DNA from: an uncultured Verrucomicrobiae bacterium
GTDB taxonomy: Bacteria; Verrucomicrobiota; Verrucomicrobiia; Chthoniobacterales; JAATET01
Length of the DNA: 64,000 bases
Reading direction: 5' to 3'
Assembly (NCBI GenBank): GCA_963719495.1
Contig: CAVRCI010000013.1
Span: 64,001-128,000, forward strand
This document shows positions 59,501 through 64,000 of the stretch, piece by piece. The translations under genes and the position numbers were made by a program. The notes below the pieces were generated by a model. That model did no database searches. It saw only the letters and a program-made list of their open reading frames with translations, and was not told the DNA's origin. Each line of letters opens with the position of its first letter. Positions within the stretch are counted from its first letter, which is position 1.

Positions 59501-59669
59501 AATGCATGAAGAACCCGCCGAATCCCATCTCCTCGAGCACCCCCACCTGCCGCAACAACTCGTCCCGCTCCAGCTTCCCGTTCCAACTCCAGAAGGGCTT
59601 CCCCCGGTATTCCGCGGTAGGCTTCGACCAGAGTTCGAGCAGACGGGGCGTGGAATGAGCGACGGACAT
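56529..59669 (-). CDS. Glycoside hydrolase, GH106 (alpha-L-rhamnosidase)-like
   Basis: PFWSWNG, GFGGFFMHSR.GL, WLYDEDRWPSG, FTDEP, PGIDVL and SELYGCTGW motifs. Confidence 0.8.
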   Translation of the reverse strand: MSVAHSTPRLLELWSKPTAEYRGKPFWSWNGKLERDELLRQVGVLEEMGFGGFFMHSRTGLVTEYLGDEWFELVNACADEAERRGMEAWLYDEDRWPSGSAGGIATRDPRYRMRYLRLERIASEDFRWRSEFVAAFLGEMDAYHGEGFHFHEGRRIFQADAGGLEAGKQVVAFAVEVMDEDSFYNGASYLNTLDPAATRKFLEVTHERYREKCGGRLGRSIKGMFTDEPHRGMVLSSFADHHHSSWVIPWTENLAGEFERQFGYDLVARLPEIFLKPFGSPVSQVKWHYMELLQRMFLENFMAPMREWCRAHDLVLTGHALHEDSLVCQAVPNGSMIRTYEHFEWPGIDVLTEDNRKFWLAKQCQSAARQLDRDWVLSELYGCTGWQLTFQGHKAVGDWQALMGVNVRCPHLSWYSMAGESKRDYPGSILHQSAWYPHYGRVEDYFSRIHVVLQMGAPVCELLVVSPVESVWAQIHHGWVNNLTASTAPIQELERQYEDVFHWLAGAQMDFDYGDEDFLERMGRVEMEGGSPVLVVGKGRYRAVLVAGLATVRAATLDLLEEFVAAGGAVIVSGDAPEYVDAVPSDRGRAFYEARGPVPFYQNSLTRACRGKVATFAEAIDCEHGYRIPTIYAHARETDQGRFVMLLRVERVGTKRDVLVRLRGAGIVEEWNARTGERRRVAADQVGDWLELRADFGPSQEHLYRIGGEDDGGVAAALAVETAGGGETVRAIEGAFAYRLAEPNVCVLDRAAHRTDGGEWRGAAEILKVDRAIRKSVGARPRGGRMPQPWFSRDEARPILARVGLRFEFEIEVLPPGGVVLVLEAPGQHAAIRVNGECLDAASTDGWWIDKCLERLLVPAGCLREGVNRIELEVDFHVGTDLEAVYLVGDFGVRLDGLRQIVTRLPEKLAAGCVTTQGLPFYGGKIVYEIPNDALAGAAGRARLRLPECEAACVTVSRGGREVELIAFEPRETEIAELLDGEGPLELGVILTRRNTFGPLHQLPRHVDWYGPENWVSEGASFSEAWVLWPAGLLGAPEISFEPEAS

Positions 59670-59779
59670 GGCACCGAACTCATCCCCAACCCGCCGACCC
59701 ATTGCAAGGAACGATTAGTAACAAGTGGACGAAAACCCGTTTCCACGCGATGCTCCACCCCAACACATCGTTACGTATC

Positions 59780-61255
59780 ATGACCCCCGCCCGCCTCCGC
59801 CTTCTCCTCATCCCGGCGCTTTTTCTCACCGTTCCGATCTCCCGCGCGGCGGAGACCAAGCCAGCCCGCCCCAACGTCATCTTCCTCCTCACCGACGACC
59901 AGCGCTGGGACTGGATCGGCTACGCCGACGACCGGATCCACACCCCCAACCTCGACCGCCTCGCCCGCGCCGGCACGATCTTCACGAATTGCTTCACCGT
60001 CGCACCCGTCTGCGCCCTCAGCCGGGCCAGCCTCCTCACCGGCCAATACCCGCTCCGCCACGGCATCGACGATTTCGTGAAGACCTTCACCCCCCAGCAG
60101 GAAAAAAACCTCTACCCCGTCCTGCTCCGCGACGGCGGCACCTTCACCGGATTCATCGGAAAATGGGGCGTCGGCGACACTCCGGAGGCCACCGCCAAAG
60201 CCGCCGCCTACTTCGATTTCTGGGCCGGCCAACCCCGCCAGACGAACTACTGGCACGAACAGGACTGCCACTACGTCGCAACCAACGGCCCGGACAACCT
60301 CTGCGACTGCCCGAATCCCGCCGCCGGCCAAGCGGCCTACGACAACCGCTTCGGCCGCGCCGACCTCACCGACCCCATCCACGTCGACGGCCAGGTCGTC
60401 CCGATCAAGACCCGCCAATTCCTCGACGCCGCGCCGAAGGACCAACCATTCAATCTCTCCATCTCGTTCAAAGCCCCGCACAACCCCGTCGCCGACTTCG
60501 AACCCCGTTTCGCCGAAGCCTACAAGCAGACGAACCTCCCCATCCCCGCGACGGCCACCCACGCCGCCGCCGACACCCGCCCCGACTTCTTCGACAAATT
60601 TCTCGGCCGCATCGAAGGCAAAAAATACCTCGATAAAAAAGGCCTTCTCCAAGGGAACATTCGCGCCGAAGCCCGCCTCCTCATGAGCGTCGACTCCGCC
60701 GTCGGCGAGATCATGGCAGAACTCGAAGCCCGCGGCCTCGCCGACAACACGGTCATCCTCTTCACCTCCGATCACGGCTACTTCCACGGCGAATTCGGCC
60801 TCACCGGCAAATGGCTCACCTACGACCCGTCGATCCGCGTCCCCGGCTTCCTCTACGATCCCCGGCCCGGCGCCGACCTCCCCGCCACCAGCGACGCGAT
60901 GATCCTCACGATCGATTTCACCACCACCATGCTCGCCCTCGCGGACGTTCCAGCGCCGGCAACCATGCAGGGCCGCAACATCTACGACGCGCTCGAGGCC
61001 AAACCCGACTGGCGCACCCACGCCTTCTTCGAGCACCCCTACGCCCACGCCGGCCAGATCCTCCCCACCGAAGCCATCTTCGACGGCAATTGGAAATACA
61101 TCCGCTACGTCGACCGCAACCCAGTCTACGAAGAACTCTTCGACTGGACGAACGACCCCGAAGAACTCACCAACCTGGCCACCGATCCAGCCCACGAACA
61201 GGACTTGGCAAGAATGCGCAACCTCCACGAAACCGATACAAAAGCCCTCGAGTAA
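59780..61255 (+). CDS. Exported Cys-type sulfatase
   Basis: Signal peptide; PNVIFLLTDDQ, TPNLDRLA, CALSRASLLTG, GKW, FTSDHG and ELFD..NDP.E..NLA. Confidence 0.92.
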   Translation: MTPARLRLLLIPALFLTVPISRAAETKPARPNVIFLLTDDQRWDWIGYADDRIHTPNLDRLARAGTIFTNCFTVAPVCALSRASLLTGQYPLRHGIDDFVKTFTPQQEKNLYPVLLRDGGTFTGFIGKWGVGDTPEATAKAAAYFDFWAGQPRQTNYWHEQDCHYVATNGPDNLCDCPNPAAGQAAYDNRFGRADLTDPIHVDGQVVPIKTRQFLDAAPKDQPFNLSISFKAPHNPVADFEPRFAEAYKQTNLPIPATATHAAADTRPDFFDKFLGRIEGKKYLDKKGLLQGNIRAEARLLMSVDSAVGEIMAELEARGLADNTVILFTSDHGYFHGEFGLTGKWLTYDPSIRVPGFLYDPRPGADLPATSDAMILTIDFTTTMLALADVPAPATMQGRNIYDALEAKPDWRTHAFFEHPYAHAGQILPTEAIFDGNWKYIRYVDRNPVYEELFDWTNDPEELTNLATDPAHEQDLARMRNLHETDTKALE

Positions 61256-61345
61256 CCCAAACAAAAATCGGCTGAAAGCCGTTTCACTTCAACCCAAGCA
61301 AACCCAACTCCCCTAACAAACATCCACCCCCATGCCCATCATCCC

Positions 61346-62188
61346 ATGCGCCTCCTAGCCCTCCTCACCATCACCGCCGCCCTCGGCACAGCCACAAGCC
61401 AAGCCGCCGACTTCAAATTCGTCGGCGAAGCCGACGGCGACTTCCTTGCCCCCACCAACTGGGTGCCGGAAGGCCCACCCAGCTTCAACGACATCGCGGT
61501 CGTCGACGGATCCGCGTCGACCGTCCTCTCCGACTCGGTCGAAATCTCCCGACTCGCCCTCGGCAACGACGCCACGCTGAAGATCGCCTCCGGCGGCGTC
61601 CTCTCGGTCGGCAAGAATCACCTCTACGTCGGCATCTCCGGCTTCAACGGCGTCGAGGGCGTCGGCACGGCCACCCTCGAACTCGAGGAAGGCGGGGAAC
61701 TCTCCGTCGACAAATTTTACCTCGCCGCTTACGACCCTCCCGGCCGCAACGGCCGCGTCGTCTTCGCCGGAGGCAAGGTCTTCGTCGCCGAGCGCTTCTG
61801 GGTCGGAGCCAACGCCCTCAACGACGGCGTCACCGGCGAACTCACCATCCAAGGCTCCAAGCTCACCTGGGAAACACCCACCGCCGAAATCCGACTCGGC
61901 TCCGGCAAAGGCAACGCCATCCTCAACCTCGTCTTCGACGAATCGGGAATCAGCCACCTCACCGCCAAGGACGTCCAACTCGGCAACGAAAAGCTCATCC
62001 TCAACGTCGACCTGACCGCCGCCAAAATCACCACCGCCACCACCATCCCCCTCATCACCTACTCCGGCACCCTCCAAGGCGAATTCGGGGACATTTTTCT
62101 GGAAGGAATGCCCGAAGGGCACGACGGAACCATCACCTACGGCCCCGGCGAAAACGGCACCATCAGCCTGGAAATCACCAAGCGGTAA
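61346..62188 (+). CDS. Secreted Gly-rich hypothetical protein (beta-solenoid-like)
   Basis: Signal peptide, NW.P.G.P start and repeated G.L.I.GG strands. Confidence 0.75.
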   Translation: MRLLALLTITAALGTATSQAADFKFVGEADGDFLAPTNWVPEGPPSFNDIAVVDGSASTVLSDSVEISRLALGNDATLKIASGGVLSVGKNHLYVGISGFNGVEGVGTATLELEEGGELSVDKFYLAAYDPPGRNGRVVFAGGKVFVAERFWVGANALNDGVTGELTIQGSKLTWETPTAEIRLGSGKGNAILNLVFDESGISHLTAKDVQLGNEKLILNVDLTAAKITTATTIPLITYSGTLQGEFGDIFLEGMPEGHDGTITYGPGENGTISLEITKR

Positions 62189-62206
62189 ACCTCAAAAGGA
62201 AAATCA

Positions 62207-62340
62207 GACAGGATTCACAGGATTTACAGGATTGATTGGGAAGGACTTCCGCGACGGGGATCGGTCACCCAGTGAGTGAGTGGGGATGTGATTCGGAGTG
62301 ACTGAAATTCAATCCTGTCCATCCTGTAAATCCTGTCCAA
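62207..62340. repeat. Inverted pair of 9-bp-period CAGGATT repeats
   Basis: GACAGGATTCACAGGATTTACAGGATTG ... CAATCCTGTCCATCCTGTAAATCCTGTC. Confidence 0.85.
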
Positions 62341-62377
62341 CTCAGAATCAGAAGCTCGGCGCGAGCAGGCAAACCGA

Positions 62378-63439
62378 TCAAACCGTCCCGAGACCCACCG
62401 CCACGACAGAATCCCGGATCATCAACCGCCCAGTCACCACAGCCGACCGCGCCGCCTTGCCCACCTCACCCTCCTCCGCGAGCAACCGCACACTCTCGTC
62501 CGCGATTCGTGCGTAATCCTGCGAGATCGTCGTCAACCGGCAAGGCAGCCAACGCGCCAGATCGATGTCGTCGAAACCGACCACCGAAATGTCCCGCGGA
62601 AACTCCAGCCCGGCGTCCAGAATCGCCCGCACGATCGCGATCGCCGTCAGATCGTTCACCGCGCAGATCACCGTCGGACGCTTGCGAACCGGCCGCTCGC
62701 ACAGCTCGCGCACGGCCCGCGCGATGTCGTCCAACGCCGGCGGACACTCCACGACCAAGTCCGCGTCCAGCGTCAACTTCACCGCCTCCAGCGCCCGCCG
62801 CAGCCGCCCTTCCCGATCCCGATCCTTCAGCGCCTGAGGTTGAGCCGACACGTAGGCAATCCGTTCGTGACCCCGATCGCGCAGCAATTCCGCCAGATCC
62901 GCAAAAGCTTCGTCGTCGGCCACCCGCACCGAACGCACGTCCAGCTCCTTGGGCGGCGTCCCCACAAAAACCAGCCGCCGCCCCGACTGGGCGTATTCTT
63001 GCAGAGTCGCGATGTTCTTCTCCGAAAACATCGTCGCGCAAATCATCCCGTCCACGCTCAGCGCCAACAAATTCTGAATCGCCCGCCCCTCGCGCGCCGG
63101 ATCCCCGCTGCAATCCTCGATCACCACTTCGTAACCCGCCGTCTCGAGCGAGGCCTCCAACGAGTGCGCGAGCGATACGTAAAACGGATTGAGAATGTCG
63201 CTGACGATGATCCCGATCAGCCCGGAATTCCCCGTCCGCAGCAGCCGCGCCGCCCGGTTCACCCGGTAACCCAGCCGTTCCGCCGCCGCCCGCACCCGCT
63301 CCTTCGTTTCCTTCGAAGCCCAACACCGCTCCCGCTCGTTGAGGATGTCCGAAACCGTCGCGGGAGTCACCCCCGACTCGCCCGCAATGTCCCGAAGCGT
63401 CACGCGATCCGCCGATTTCCGAGCGCCGGCAGCCTTCAT
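62378..63439 (-). CDS. LacI family transcriptional regulator
   Basis: VTLRDIA..SGVT.ATVS.ILN helix-turn-helix; NPFY and DISVVGFDD sugar-binding domain. Confidence 0.94.
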   Translation of the reverse strand: MKAAGARKSADRVTLRDIAGESGVTPATVSDILNERERCWASKETKERVRAAAERLGYRVNRAARLLRTGNSGLIGIIVSDILNPFYVSLAHSLEASLETAGYEVVIEDCSGDPAREGRAIQNLLALSVDGMICATMFSEKNIATLQEYAQSGRRLVFVGTPPKELDVRSVRVADDEAFADLAELLRDRGHERIAYVSAQPQALKDRDREGRLRRALEAVKLTLDADLVVECPPALDDIARAVRELCERPVRKRPTVICAVNDLTAIAIVRAILDAGLEFPRDISVVGFDDIDLARWLPCRLTTISQDYARIADESVRLLAEEGEVGKAARSAVVTGRLMIRDSVVAVGLGTV

Positions 63440-63551
63440 GAAATCGAGTCAAAGGGTGCGGTGACAAATCGGGCGGACATCGGTGAGGTTTCTTCTATTG
63501 CCTGACAAATCACCCCACAAGCATCATTGGAAGCGAGCTACCCTCCCCGCC

Positions 63552-63575
63552 TTGACACGTATCGTTTGATATCGA
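63552..63575 (+). promoter_or_regulatory. Possible sigma-70 -35 box with an adjacent LacI-type operator
   Basis: TTGACA followed by the imperfect palindrome TATCGTTTGATA, in the region divergent from the LacI gene. Confidence 0.35.
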
Positions 63576-63595
63576 AAACTCAGTTCTCCTATTTC

Positions 63596-64000
63596 ATGCG
63601 TGCGCTAGCCTCCTTTCTCTGCCTTTTCCCACTGGCTACCGCCTTCGCGGTCGACCTATCGCAACTCGACCAATCGATCGAATCTTGGAACGTCCCGGCA
63701 AAATTCGCCGAGCACGTCACCGTCGCAGCCGGCGAGAAACCACGCACCTCCGTCCTGCGAGTCGACGCCCGGGACAGCGCCCCGATCAACGTGGGGTCGA
63801 AGCCTTTCGCCGTAAAACCCCTTCAGGGCTACGACTTCAGCGTCCAGGTTTGGCACCTCGAAGGCGAAATGAACTTCAGCGCCCACCTCGTTTGGCTCGA
63901 CGCGAAGGGCAAGGAACTCGGCACCGAATACGCCATGATGGGCGTGATGATCCCCGGGCAATGGACTCCCTACCGCTACGAAGTCATCGCGCCGGAGCAG
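63596..64000 (+). CDS. Secreted protein, partial (possible carbohydrate-binding-like N-terminal domain)
   Basis: Not in the ORF track; open frame MRALASFLCLFPLATAFAVDLSQLD... to the window end, with a signal peptide. Confidence 0.75.
   Translation, partial: MRALASFLCLFPLATAFAVDLSQLDQSIESWNVPAKFAEHVTVAAGEKPRTSVLRVDARDSAPINVGSKPFAVKPLQGYDFSVQVWHLEGEMNFSAHLVWLDAKGKELGTEYAMMGVMIPGQWTPYRYEVIAPEQ

Noticed and set aside
1..64000. CRISPR array, transposase, prophage or reverse-transcriptase system
   Set aside because: Repeats are dispersed or short-period, not repeat-spacer arrays; no cas, transposase, phage or RT motifs recognised.

Overview
A high-GC chromosomal segment, most likely from a Verrucomicrobiota bacterium (inferred from a TIGR02597-type gene, PEP-CTERM proteins and futalosine-pathway mqnD). 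Most of it is housekeeping and metabolic DNA: glnD (partial), hisG, a bS22/COX24-type small basic protein missed by the ORF track, mqnD-pyrD-mnmE, recF, molybdenum-cofactor genes (moaA, moaC, mogA, moeB), tRNA-Phe, cimA, upp, galT and comEC. Larger modules are an Mla/MCE transporter cluster split by myg1 and a DUF6036-nucleotidyltransferase gene pair, a urate-to-allantoate catabolic cluster, an orphan ketosynthase plus Cys-less ketosynthase pair, a kinase/regulator/CsbD/ECF-sigma stress cluster, and the start of a GH106/sulfatase/LacI glycan locus. I saw no transposase, integrase, prophage or CRISPR array. The least explained signal is non-coding. Many intergenic gaps carry non-autonomous repeats: 7-bp-period arrays, 9-bp-period arrays, GGAG/GTAG and TGTCAT REP-like elements, and a nested ~460-bp MITE-like element whose ends sit on stop codons. 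A 36-60 bp palindrome with a compensatory change occurs in the divergent regions upstream of both the Moco operon and the urate operon. Strand C/G asymmetry appears to change in blocks regardless of gene direction. All family assignments come from motif recognition by eye, not database searches.
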